From contig CM060734.1 of NCBI GenBank assembly GCA_030704615.1, forward strand, positions 48,794,001 to 48,858,000: a stretch of DNA of 64,000 nt. The letters run 5' to 3'. Source of the DNA: Takakia lepidozioides (Eukaryota; Plantae; Bryophyta). Position 1 is the first letter of the stretch, and each line of letters starts with the position of its first letter. The position numbers and the translations under genes are program-made. Shown piece by piece: positions 51,759-64,000 of the stretch. The notes below the pieces were generated by a model. The model was not told where the DNA came from. It saw nothing but the letters and a program-made list of their open reading frames with translations, and searched no databases.

Positions 51759-53400
51759 CCAGCCGTTTGTTTCTGACAAATCCCATACGCTTTCGCATCA
51801 GACATGTACAGTAATGGGTAAGGACATCACCAGTGAGTTCGGATATGAGCCAATCTACCCTTCTGCTAGTCAAAACACTTTGGTGCACTTCAATTGCACT
51901 TTGAGGTTGCTATGATAAGCTTCTATGGCAGCATTAGTATCTTGAGAGGCATGTGGTATGTTTCTAGAACCTTTCATCCACATTTTGCTTTCGGGAAACC
52001 ACTCGTGTCCATGTAGTCGCAGAATACAGTCTCGTTGCAGGGGTACTCCTCCCCGCAGGAGATGATTTGGTATACTGCCCAAGCCTCACCTGCATCCCCA
52101 GATGTGTCTTTTCTGTCGTACATGTTGTCTTTTCGTCGTACATGATTTGTCTTTTCGTCGTACATGATCTTTGCAAGATCCTGCAACACCGGCCGTACTT
52201 GTGGATCTCTGATCTTGGAGACCACATTCTGTTGCCAGGCGTGCGAACATGCCACAAACACAGGAAATTGCACAACCCCCCCCCCCACACCAGCTTGGTT
52301 TGTGAGATTGAATGACTATAACACACTGTGTGCACGTTGGATAGTGAAAGGAACCCAGTGTAGAGGCAGATTCACCTGATAGCAGCGATTTCCCGCACTG
52401 TGTCGTCGACAATGAAAGCATTGGGGCGTCAGTCGCCTTGGACACTTTCCTTTGCTGGTTTATGCACATCCAAGTCGTAGATCTGTGCTTTGCACCTTTC
52501 CGTGATTATGTACGCGACTGGATACCATTCAACCACTCATCAAACCTATCATGTGTACAAGGACACTACAAGAACAGCATGCAACATAAATGATCAGGAA
52601 AGACAGAAGAGTGAGGGACCCAAATTGTGATCATGTAGGACAATATTATAGCTCTATCCTCAAGCAAATGGTGATCCTGGGACCAACCTTCTTCTCGTTT
52701 GTCCCGAATGTTGCATCGCATGCCACTATGCGAGAATGTCCGTCTCTCATTGTTGTTGTCTTTTTTTCTGCCAGTTCCTGGCGGTATGCCCAACCAAAAG
52801 AAGGTCCAGTTTACAGACCAAGCGGGTGATTGGACTCTTCCTAGTAGTAGAAAACACTGTCAGGGTTTGCCTCCACCCCAATTCGCACACTACAAGCATC
52901 ATTTGGGTGCTTTTTAAGTGTTTCCTCATCACACTTTTGGCAATGTTGCGGTGTCCCAGAAGCAGGAAAGTGTCAACGAGCTGCCTCCAAGCCAGCTTCC
53001 ATATTTCCTTCACCCAGCTGCAGTGCTTCACCAGGATTCTTGTTGATCTTAGTCCAAGGCGTCAAGTTTTGTAGTACCCATGCTTTCAGTTCTCTTCGCT
53101 GATGTGGGGGCCATGCAACCCGACCACAATCATGTCTGCCCATGGGATATGTCTCCCGCCCGATTTACGTGCCTCTTCTTGTAGTATACCAACTCTGCGA
53201 TTTCTGGTCCAAATAGCTTGCTTGACTGCAAATCAGCATACACTCCCCGCTTTAGGCCTTCACCAGATTTCGTTTTGGACGCCTCAGACCTTTGGTTTTT
53301 GCTCCTTAAACTTTTCAACAACCTTGCCTTTCTACCCTTCTTCTTTAGAGGTTTGGGTTTCCACTTCTTTCACTGTTTGGGTTTCCACTTCTCTCGTTGC
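51400..53400 (-). pseudogene. MULE transposase (AT1G60560/AT4G13970-like SWIM family), disrupted, with introns
   Basis: PEIAELVYYKKRHVNRAGDISHG; GHSRIVACDATFGTNEKK (D1); AFIVDDTVREIAAI (D2); LCLWHV; WMKGSRNIPHASQDTNAAIEAYHSNLK (E); RRVDWLISEL; HIPDGNV..HKPESDWAC (start of SWIM). Confidence 0.88.
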
Positions 53401-53954
53401 CATGGTGGAGTACCTCCAAGACAACGGTTCAACACTCTTGCCTTTCTACCCTTCTTCTTTAGAGGTTTGGGTTTCCACTTCTTCGTTGCCATGGTGGATG
53501 TAACCTCCAAGACAACAGAAGTCTTGTCCTCTGGCCCGAATGAGCAGTGGTACCTAAAAGAAAGAACCTTCCATTAATGGAATGAAAGGGGAGAGCGCCT
53601 GAAAGAGGAGGGTAGCTACCGTGTGAGCAGCTCACGTGAGCACGCTCACGCTTTAAGTGGTAAACGTGAGCAAAATCCCTTAAGCGTGAGCAGATTAGTG
53701 AGTGGGAGCCTACAACCGAGGGAAGAAGAGAGCCTATTGTCGTGGACAAAACCTACACTGCACGGACGCAATCTCCACCCCATTCGACGGAAGAATCCTT
53801 GCTGGGTGACGACCATATGGTACGAATGTGCGATGAAAAGCTGCTGGATGAATGGTTTTGAGATGAATTAAAAAGGGAATGGATGAATGTTGGATGACTT
53901 TTGGATGAAAAATGAGCGACATAAATGAACCATGGTGTGTGTGCAGGTGCTCGG

Positions 53955-55593
53955 ATTAAGGTGTCGCCAACGACATCTTAATTCCCAGTACAAGTTGGCA
54001 CATGACAACTCACAGAAAAACCAAAATCCCCGAAAAAATTCTCCCAAAAATATTTCAACCTAAAAAACTTTTAAGGCGAAGAAGCCTTGGCGGTAAGGCG
54101 GTGTGTGTGCAGGTGGTGGGGATTAAGGTGTCGTCAACGACATCTTAATTCCCAGTACGTATTGCCACGTGACAATTCATGGAAAAACCAACAACCCCAA
54201 AACAATTCACCCGAAAAAAAATTCACCCAAAGATAAATGGATGTATTCATTACATTGAACAAAGTGAAGTCATTAGCAAAGAATTGAACTCCTTCAGAAT
54301 ACCTCACATTCAATAATCCTATTTCGCTGTAGAAGTATATGAACGTCAGTGGGACCCATTGTACATTGGTGAATGCACATGTCTCGGTGAGGATCACAAA
54401 ACATCATGTGAATGTAGATGTAGTGTAGGTGTTTACACGATACAAATTTGGGTCTCTTTCCAATAGAGCTTGATAACGTGTTCTGGAAGTCTGGGCATGT
54501 GCAATTTGGAAAATTCCCAACAGTTACCTAAGTCTCGTCTTGAACAACAGAACCTGATGTCACCATACTGTACACCCGCCCATAGCCTGGAGGGGGGACA
54601 TTGACAACTTGGGTCACCCGACGACTCAATTTTGCACTGGTTTTCAGGACTTGCCTCAACACAACGGACCACTTTTCCATTTCGTTTCGTAGGCCAGTCG
54701 TTCCCATGTGGTAGATGTGGGGGGAATGCGAATTGCGAACCCCGACATGAAACTGGTATTAAGACAGTTGGGCCTCTTGGAAGTTGTGTTATGCTCTTGG
54801 AAGACGAAACCCGACATCCTCCAGCATCTCAATTTCTTGCTTCGACAGACACGGTCTCACCTTCACTGGCCACACGGCTGGAATTTGAGGCTTAGTGATG
54901 ACTGAATCCCGACAAGTCCCCATCACACAACGCTGAATGTCATCAGGGCAAAACCAGAACTTGTGAGGCCTGGACTCCCGGGATGAAAAATTGGCCTGAT
55001 GAATGAACCATGGATGACTGATGCAACATTTATCTTTACCGATGTACGCAGGGAAACATGCATTAAGCTGTCCTCAACGCCACCTTAATTCGCAGCCCCT
55101 GTTGTTAGCACATGACAATTCAACCCATGAAAGAAAGAAATGATTCCAAAAAACCTTACCGATAAGCATTTATATGCAGAGAAAAATAGACATTAATTCC
55201 GAGCCCCTGTTGGCACATGACAATTCAACCTAGGGAAAAAAGCCTTAGTGGTAAGCATTTGTGTGCAGGGGTTTGGGATTAAGGTGTTGTCAATGCTATC
55301 TTAATTCCCAGCAAGTTTTCAAAAAACCAGAAAAAAAACATTTTTTTTTTCCCCCGAATGTGCCAGATTAAGGTGTCGTCAACGACATCTTAATTCCCAG
55401 TACGAGTTGGCACATGACAATTCATGGAAAAACCAAAAACCCCAAAAAAAATCACCCATAAAATTTCAACCCACAAAAATCTGATGGCGAACAGCCTTGG
55501 CAGTAAGGCGGTGTGTGTGCAGGGGCTTGGGATTAAGGTGTTGTCAGCGACATCTTAATTCCCAACAAGTTTTTTTAAAATAAAAAAATAAAA

Positions 55594-55635
<42 letters not shown>

Positions 55636-55956
55636 TTCCTCCCGAATGTGCCAGATGAAGGTGTTGTCAACGACATCTTAATTCCCAGTACGAGTTGGCA
55701 TATGACAATTCATGGAAAAACCAAAATCCCAAAACATTCATCCAAAAAATTTCAATCCAAAAAAATCTGATGGCGAACAAGCCTTGGAGGTAAGGCGGTG
55801 TGTGTGCAGGGGCTTGGGATTAAGATGTCGTCAACGACATCTTAAATCCCAGCAAGTTTTCTGAAAAAAAAAAAAAAAAAAAAAAAAAAACCGTTTTTTT
55901 TTTTTTTTTTTTCTCCCGAATGTGCCAGATTAAGGTGTCGTCAACGACATCTTAAT
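53955..55956. repeat. Array of 9 copies of a 26-28 bp dyad palindrome ATTAAGRTGTCGT-CA-ACGACATCTTAAT
   Basis: Copies start at 53955, 54122, 55062, 55278, 55367, 55532, 55655, 55819 and 55929. The copy at 55819 has perfect 12-bp arms. Confidence 0.92.
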
Positions 55957-56971
55957 TCCTAGCAGGGTGCTTCTATGGTTACTTGTAAATCTTTTAACAT
56001 GCTCTACAATTTTTCAAACAGTGTACAGTGGGAGTAGTTGTAAGATGCTTCAGGTTCAAACTTGGCCCACAAGTGTATCAGTCCCCACATTGAAGTTACA
56101 TTTACAAATCATCCAGTACTCACCTGACGATTCTAAGCTACAAAGTGGTTAGCATTCCGTACTGACCATGTTACATGCACTGTTTCCCCTAGTCTGTTCT
56201 GCTCAACTGACAAAACCATATTTACTGGTAGCTTGAAGTTTGATATGTAGCCTGACCTTTCTGTAAAGATTTTCCATCTGGAAGGTGACATACCTATAGT
56301 TCAGAATGTCACACAAGCTTTGTTCTATGTTACAGACCAATGTACAATTGATGTTCCGAATGAAAACGCAAGTAGAGGCATTTTCCTTTGCCGAGAACAA
56401 CTAGGTCGCAGTAGTAGTATACATCAAGACTCCGATCCTTGTCGCTTGCACTTTGGAGAGGAGCCCTGTGATTTTAGAGCTTGCCTCACAATGCAGGCAG
56501 TTACAATTTTCGCCCCCAGTGAAGCTGAACTATGGGTAAGAAATAAAGCTCCGCCTACCAACAATATCCCCTTTGCTAACTGCCGTTTTGAGTGGCGTTT
56601 ATAAAACTCTTGGCAACTGTTGCTTCCTTGCCTGCTGATGTCCCATGCATCTTACAGCACAGCTTCAAGACGTGGAAACCTCTCTTTTATTGCAGCCGGT
56701 AGCTGCACACATTCAGTGTCACGATTGAAAAGAGGAATCTCAAATAGTGAAAATATCTAAGATCTTGCATCTGAACTCTTAGCTTAACCCGACACAATCG
56801 ATTGCAAGATGCGTGTGCCAACTTGCCAAGTAAACAGTCCAAAAGAGAAAAATCGTGTTGCACAGAAAACATCTAACATCCAGTCGTGTAGCACCAAAAA
56901 GGAACACACTATAGGACGGGAGTTGAATGCGCACGTGCCAGCCTGCCGGTACGGTCGCCGGGCCTTGGCAC

Positions 56972-57236
56972 TACCATCCCTGGACAACCGTTCTTAGGGT
57001 TTCAAAGGAAATGAATGATAGCTGGAGCTTGGAAGGGCCTATGGGCATTGGGTTTCTAATTTATATTTTTACTCTTAAGAAAATATATTTTTTCTCTTCT
57101 CATGTGCCTAATTCTAAAAAATTATAGCATGAAGATGCCTAAAATGAGAAATGTTTTTACAAAAGTGCCTAAGTTTTTGAATGATTGATTTTATTATTAG
57201 GCGCAAAAATGCCTAAACGGTTGTCCAGGGACGGTA
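56972..57236. mobile_element. MITE (~265 bp) with 21-bp TIRs and TA ends
   Basis: TACCATCCCTGGACAACCGTT (56972-56992) vs AACGGTTGTCCAGGGACGGTA (57216-57236), 20/21 inverted match, with an AT-rich interior. Confidence 0.8.
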
Positions 57237-57399
57237 TGTCCCACACACTTTGAGGGATAGTGCCGGGTGCCCGGCAAAAACTGCCTGCCCTGCCACGTCC
57301 TCCGCGCCACGTGAGCGCCCAGCCTCCCCCTTGACTCCCCGCTCCTCAGCGGCACGCGGGCGCGTGGGGCCACCTGCCCCCAAGCCTTCCCCGCCCACT

Positions 57400-57562
57400 G
57401 GTAATGGGCACATACCACGTTGGATGTGGTTGTGGATTCAAACCACAGTCTGGTGTGTCATGAAGGTGTCTTCAGCTGGAAGGCAGTAGCCGTTGTGGTG
57501 AAGTGACACCATAAGTTACGCTCCCTTCGGGAGGCGTCATATATATATATATATATATATAT
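57400..57562 (+). mobile_element. Family A retroposon, copy 3, with (AT)n tail
   Basis: Homologous to 823-979 and 19773-19910. Terminal hairpin ACGCTCCC-TTC-GGGAGGCGT, then (AT)n. Confidence 0.75.
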
Positions 57563-57804
57563 CCGCGTCTAGGCACGCCCACCCTCGCCTTGCCATGTAC
57601 GACCCTCCCTAGCTGCCACATCGCTCTCCCACAGAGCCATGCACGAGAGGCTGTCATATACATTCTCTCATACCATGTCTACAAGGGTATGGCTAAACCA
57701 GATTGAGCCATATCTTTTTTAGACAGGGTATGGAAAAGTATATGAAATACACTAACTCTTAGGAGGGTATGGAAGTGTTGATGATGGTTGGGTTTAAGTA
57801 TGGT

Positions 57805-60800
57805 AAGTAAGTTCACCTGGTCCAATAACAGGGTGCCACCAAATTTATACCAGGCCCGCCTAGACAGGTTTTACTGCACAGCCTCCCTCATTGGCTGGTC
57901 CAAGAGAATTCAAATTGAGCCGATTCAGCCAGGGTTTGATTACGCCGCAATTCAGCTGCAGCTCAATGCACCGGGCTCCAGGGTGCGGGGAAGGGGCTTC
58001 TTTAAATTGAACCCATCCATCCTCAAGGATCCACAGGTCATCCAAGATCTTCAGAATACGTGGTCCTCTGCAGTGCCGCCCCACATTTCACCCACTTTGT
58101 GCTTCCTGGCAAAACTCACCATGCTCATAATCGCTTGTCAGCAAATATCAAGGAAGAAGGCGGAAGAAAAATCCCAGAGGCAGAAAGCACTGATTAGGTG
58201 CTTGAAGGTTTGCCAATTCCAACTACAATCAGGGCGTGAAGGCCCTCAAACTATGCTATCTTACAAAACGGTGAAAAGAAATCTCTCCCTACTGCAGCAC
58301 ACAAAAGAACAGTTTATGAGAGTCAAGGCGGGGGTCAATTGATCATTGAAAGGGGAAAAAATGACGAGGTATTTCTTTGTCAAAGCAGCTCAAAGGAGAA
58401 ACGCCACACTGGTACCTGCGCTAAAAGATCCAACCTCAGGATTGCTGGTTGACAACCCAAAATCCATGGCGGAGATTGCTGCAAATTAATTCCAGAGGTT
58501 GTTTTGTCAACAACAACCCTCACAAGAAAAAGACCAGGCTAGAGCTACACTCATACAGCATATTCCATGCCTGGTATCACAAAGGGTCAAAACAGCGCTC
58601 GCTTCTCCCTTTACAGTGGAAGAGCTAGGCTTGGCAGTGCAGTCAATGGCATCAATGAAATCACCTGGGTTAGACGGGCTCCCCATAGAATTGTTCAAGG
58701 CATTGTGGAGCACAATTGATGATGAATTCCTCCTAATGGCCAATGACATCCTCGACAAAAAGTTGATGCCCTCCCAGATCTCAGAAGGCCTCATTACTGT
58801 CATCTTTAAGAAAGGAGAAAGGGATAACATGGCCAACTATAGACCGATCACTCTCCTAAACTCCACCTACAAGATAATAGCCAAGGCCCTCGCTCTCAGG
58901 TTGCAACCTCTCCTCTCCAGCATCATCAGACAGGATCAAAACAGGTTTTTTACAAGACAGGATGATCCTTGATAATATATTGATGGCTCATGAGGCACTC
59001 CACAGAGCTGAGGTAAACAATCAACCACTGGCCTTCCTTATGTTGGACTTCGAAAAGGCATTTGATTCCATCGATTGGACATTCTTGCTTCAAGCTCTAG
59101 AAAAGATAGGGCTAGGTGGGCCTTTCCTTACATGGGTTCACATTCTTCTTCACTTAGCCTCAAGTAGAGTGATGATCAATGGGGTCATCTCTGGTTCCTT
59201 CCCAATTTCAAGATCTGTGAGGCAAGGGTGCCCCTTGGCACCCTTCCTTTTCTTCATTGCTGCAGACTCGCTCGGACACCTTCTGGACCATAGGCCAGAC
59301 ATTGTTGGATGCACCTCCCAACTTACCGCCCCGAAATGCTCAAGATATCCATGTACGCAAATGACACAACCATGCTGCTCGACAACTCGTCAAAATGCAA
59401 CATTGACAGAGCACTGCAATCCCTTCACACTTTCTGCTTGGGAACAGACTTGAAGGTCAATTGGAACAAGTCGGTGGGAATTTTGTCACTACTGCAGAAT
59501 GGAGGTCTTGCCGCTCACTGCCAACCATGGGGTCATGACATTGGATTAAGATGGCTTAGGGAGGGTGAAAGTCATACGCTGTTGGGCCACCAGATGGGGC
59601 TAAAACTCACACTGCAAACCATCATGAAAGGAGTCATACAAAAGCTCAAAGCAAAATTGGCATATTGGAGCTCTATTATGCTATCCATCGTGGGAAGGGC
59701 ATTGGTGGCAAATCAAGTGCTGCTATCGACATCCCGGTTCTATTCTGCAGTCTGGGATCCAGGACCAGTGCTCGTCAAGGAAATTAAAGCGCTCATATGT
59801 AACTTTATCTGGGGAGCCACCCCATCGACTCCAATCAGACGAACCCTTGTCTCTTGGGACCAGTTGTGCCAAAAGAGAAGCCAGGGGGGATTGGGTATTA
59901 TAGACCCCGGATCACAGATTAAGGCCTTACTGGCAAAGTGGGTGCCTAGAGCGATCAAGCACTACAATAGCCCATGGAGCAAGCTAATTCAGCCATACCT
60001 CATGGGAGCTACACCCACATCCTCCCCCCTTTGGGCTTTCTTGCTGAGATGGATAGTGCAGGGCAGAAACGCGAATGTTGGGTTGGGCTCCAAACCTTGG
60101 CAATCAATCTGGAGAGCTTGGCACACGCTCAGAGGTAATCTTTTCCAGAAAATGCCTACAATGCTGCAGGAATGCCTGCGACAACCACTATTTCTCAACT
60201 ATAACATGGACTCCGATCCCTTGCTAAGGCAAACCCCCACATGGGCCTTCTGGGAGGGACAGGGTTTTAAGCACCAGATCTGAGGGACATTTCCTTCAAG
60301 AGGAAGACATTGTTGGAATAGTGGGGCAAAGAAGGTCAAAAGCCTGGAACACAATCATCTCACAGATCCCTCAGTTCATGCTCCCACTGCTGGATGAGAC
60401 CAGGGACAATTGCACTCTCCCTGCCTGGATGGCATCGGATCAATGCAATCCTGTAACAATGGCTCTGATTTTGGCAATTCATGACATGGAGGCCACAGGA
60501 TTGGGGTTCATACCAGACAGTGTTGGCAACCTCGCATTCTCTGGTGAAATAACGTTGGACAAGCGGAACCTATACCATATCAGGGTGCTGGATATGCTTG
60601 GAAAGGCCAACCCCATGCCACCGCAGGGAATGGAAATTCAATGGGCTGTCCATCAATCATTCACCTGGTTTCTCAAGTGCCCACTGGCGGATCTGCAATT
60701 TGATCCCTACGAGTGGAATTGGATGGACAAAAAATATTCACCATTTTTTGCCTACAAGGTCAAGTTGGGTTACTCTCTCATCAACCCGCCCCGCACCTTT

Positions 60801-61999
60801 TTGGCAAGATGGTCTTCAAAATGGAGCAATGTGCAGTTCACCCAGTCTAACTGGGCCAAAATCTGGAAGGACGTCTGGAGGAAAGATAGGGCCGCAAAGG
60901 TCTCGGGTTTCCTATGGAAATTGACCCACAAAATCCTGCCAGTCAAGCTAACCACAGACCAAGACAATCCTACCTGCCCTCTCTGTCTGCAAGAACCAGA
61001 GTCCATGGAACATTGCATGTTGTCTTGCAATTTCTCGGGTAGTATCTGGAGAAAGGTTTTGGGGTTCTACTCTCATTGGGCCTCCTACCCCTCCCCTCCT
61101 CCTCAGTCTTTGTTGTTTCTCAACATGGTGCTAGGTCAGGCGCAAACCCTCTGTCCAGTCTGGGCCTCACTTAGAGCCCATACTTTATGGAATATCTGGA
61201 AGTCAAGGTGTTCCTATGTCTATGAGGGCAAGCCCCCCAGAGGCAGATCTGTCTTGTTCCACATTTTTCATGATCTGTTGACTGAGGGGAGAAAAGCGTG
61301 GGATTCGTTGTGTGTAGCTATTTCCAGATCTTCTGAACAATGAGGAAGGAAGCTATTTCAAGATTTCATGCAGTCCTGGGGCAAATGCAACCTGCTCTTC
61401 CCGACAACCGCTTTGCTTGGAAAGACTCCATCCCCACTCAATGGGAGGTCCCCTGGTGATGGGGAGGAGGCTGATTACAATTGGCGTCACAAGAGAGCTC
61501 GAGTTACAAAGTTAAAAACTCAACTGAAGTTCTGAATCTGAAGCACCAATCGCTCACCTCTCGGTCTGCAGCATCTGCAGCTCCGAACTCGTAGGCTGGA
61601 GTCTCCCCTCTGGCGGGCCTTTCTGCCGACCCTCTTTGTCTCTCCTGTTTCTCGGTTCTAAAACACCTTACATTGTTCTTAGAGCACCAATACTGCAAAA
61701 CTGGATCAGTAGCTGCAGCAGGATTTCATCTGCCTTGTCTGCTCTTACGCCATGTTCTTTCCCATCTACCCCCCCTCTTAGCATTTCAAATTACCTTCAA
61801 ACACTCATAAAACAATCTCTGATCTCTCCTTCGTCTCTTTTAGTTGTTTTGCTAAAGTTACGGGGAAGTTTCCCCCCAGTAAGTCCTCACGGTCTCTGCA
61901 GTGGTTATTTTTTCCGTTGATATGATTCTACTTTTAATTCATTTGATTAAAAGGGCCTCTATCCCCCTTTTATTTTATTTTTATTTTTTATTATTTTTA
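57805..61999 (+). mobile_element. 5'-truncated L1-clade LINE (endonuclease C-terminus, RT, zf-RVT), degenerate
   Basis: FTWSN..ARLDRFY, KSPGLDGLP, NYRPITLLNSTYKIIAK, LDFEKAFD, VRQGCPLAP, YANDT (degenerate YADD), GGLGI, CPLC..PESMEHCMLSC, WNIWKSRC. Candidate TSD AAGTATGGT at 57796-57804 and 62000-62008. Confidence 0.9.
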
Positions 62000-62360
62000 A
62001 AGTATGGTGACATACATTATTTGAAAAAATAATGATATATTTAAAAATATATATATGGATGGATTGCACGACGTTCTTCCATTTCAAAATATCATTCGTA
62101 CATTGCATTGGAATGAACTTAATATATATGTACCTTAACCCTAAGATAACCTTCATTTGTCTTTGTGTCTTCTTCTTGACCTTGATGCATTGCAGCTTTG
62201 ATTCACAATTGGCTTTGACACATTTGTCAAACCTTACCATCTCAAAGTTATATTCTCAATTAATATACTTACACTAACAAGTTTTTTACATCATAGAGTC
62301 CCGCTTAATATACGTGTAGGTGAATGTGAGGTTTAGGGGTGTAGGGTTTAAGATCTCAAT

Positions 62361-64000
62361 ATGGAAGATGACGACGACTTTTCAAATGAGGCATTCATTT
62401 ATCCCTCTGACTTTGAGGAGGAATGGGAGTGAAAAGCAAGCTTGTAGGAGGTCTTTGGAAGAGCTCATGTAAGCGGTGAGTGTGTTTCAACTCCTTTTGA
62501 ATAAGCATATATTTATCATTCCGATTTTGAGTCAGATATTGATGGCGAAGTAGAAGTGAAAGACGAATTTGACGTTCATCATGACCATGGGGAAAGAAGT
62601 GGATTGTCTAATATGCTCAACGATAATATGGAACCCTTCACAAATGGTCAAGAGTCATCTTCATTGCTATTTGATAATGTAAATACTGAGCTCTCTCCAA
62701 AATTCATTTAATTTACATCAGCAAGTAGAAACCTCATGATTCAATGTATTGAGAATGATGTTACACCAACCTTCACACAAATTCGTGAAGTTGATGACAA
62801 ATTACAACCGTCTCCTACAAGTCATGGACGCCTTGTAGATGCAAGAGACCCAGTAACCACTGTTGAAAGGTGGAAAAACGTCCAATGCAATTTCAAGGTG
62901 CATCAATTTATAGAAGGTAAGGGCTTAGTTCCGAAACGATCCCAAAGATAGACAAGTCTCTTGCCTAGAAGAGTGATCACATTGGAAATAGTGATAACCA
63001 TTTATCGCTAGCACGCACGATTACCACCATAAAGAGTAGTTGGAGTACTGATGGAAGATAGGGGATATTCCACTGTCACTCGTTCAACAATGTATTGAGA
63101 CATGCAAGATATGTAACAAGTCCAAATTCTGGAACGAAGTTCATAATGTTTCTTATGAGGCATTAGAGACGACTCCCCTTGATGACATTTGCACCAAATA
63201 TGTTGTATTACGACGTGTGAGCAAAACGAGAGAAAGTGAGACCCAACGAGTCATATACTTTCAATGCCATAGAGGTAGCACGCAACCGGAAACGGACCAA
63301 GGATGCTACACAAGAGAAATGTAAAGAAAGAAGGGCAAGAACTTCCCGAAAATGTAATTGCGAATTTCTCTTGAAGGTCGTGGTTCATTTACTACAAGAA
63401 GTTGATGTTCAAAAACGAAAAGTTGAAGGATCGACCACTGTATATGTCCATCACAAGCACAGTAGGCATCATCCCGGGTCCCAAAGTGACAAGTTTTTCT
63501 TGCCGGTGCATCCGAATGTAATTGCTTATGCAATGGAGAATTTGACCCGAATGGTATCTACATCAATGGCTGCTCTTGCAAGTGCGCGAGAGGACAAGAA
63601 AATGCAAGCAATGGTTGGAGACTTGGAATGTGTTACAAACCGTTTTTTCTCATTCCTAAAGAAGTGGAGCAATAATTATTCAATGCGGATAAATGGTAAG
63701 TGTACCGTCTCTAGTCCAATGGTTGTATTCATATGCTTGACATTTACATTGACATTCATTACATTCATTTAAACTATATGGAATTGTATTAGATGCATTG
63801 CACGTTGATGATTGGGATGTCGCTCAAGTGGAGGTATCAAGACTTGAACAACAAGGCAAGGTGATTTTTTACCAAGAGTATTGTCCCACGCATGGTGACC
63901 CAATGAAAAGACCATTTGTTGTAGTCATACAAGATGAATTCATGAGATCGAATGCTAGAAGATTTTCAAATGGACAATCATGGGCGTTTGACTCCACGTT
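62361..64000 (+). pseudogene. Second MULE-type transposase (different subfamily), disrupted, runs off the window
   Basis: Acidic N-terminus; SRKCNCEF..VHHKHSRHHPGS (WRKY/FAR1-like zinc-finger region); after an intron, VIFYQEY..RPFVVVIQDEFM..SWAFDST (first catalytic Asp). Confidence 0.78.

Larger units (their letters stand above)
45035..55968 (-). mobile_element. Large MULE (Mutator-like, SWIM-type) transposon relic with accessory ORFs and subterminal arrays; left part truncated at the Gypsy LTR
   Basis: Transposase remnants at ~53400-51400, arrays at 49640-50055 and 53955-55956, and unidentified coding-like segments at 45040-49400. The extent of the element is inferred. Confidence 0.6.

Noticed and set aside
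53955-55956. CRISPR-like array of palindromic repeats
   Set aside because: The spacers are long (60-140 bp) and repeat each other, no cas genes are present, and the context is a eukaryotic transposon.
55929-55963. Helitron 3' end (hairpin plus CTAG)
   Set aside because: The CTAG is a variant of the CCCAG that follows the other array copies, it is not followed by T, and no Rep/helicase is seen.

Overview
Land-plant nuclear DNA, probably a non-seed plant (inference only). It has spliceosomal GT-AG introns and a DYW-PPR remnant, and is about half transposon-derived. Three intact multi-exon genes could be rebuilt in frame by hand: a nuclear CemA/Ycf10-family gene (DLDG1-like, minus, 3642-9477), malonyl-CoA decarboxylase (MCD, plus, 13266-18353) and an L-gulonolactone oxidase-like gene (plus, 29585-32698). 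Between them are a DYW-PPR pseudo-fragment and a ~5 kb Pack-MULE-like element whose long terminal inverted repeats (TIRs) enclose captured pieces of CTF4, RUS2 and DRG with splice sites or introns retained. The right half holds a truncated duplicate of the MCD 5' region and a non-chromovirus Ty3/Gypsy element with one LTR, an extra 3' ORF and a second Gypsy fragment inside it. It also holds a large MULE/SWIM transposon relic with unidentified accessory ORFs and two repeat arrays (one a 9-copy dyad palindrome), a MITE, a 5'-truncated L1-like LINE and a second MULE transposase. A family of LINE 3'-end remnants inserts at pyrimidine-rich sites; one insertion duplicated an MCD splice acceptor. All protein assignments rest on recalled motifs, not database searches.
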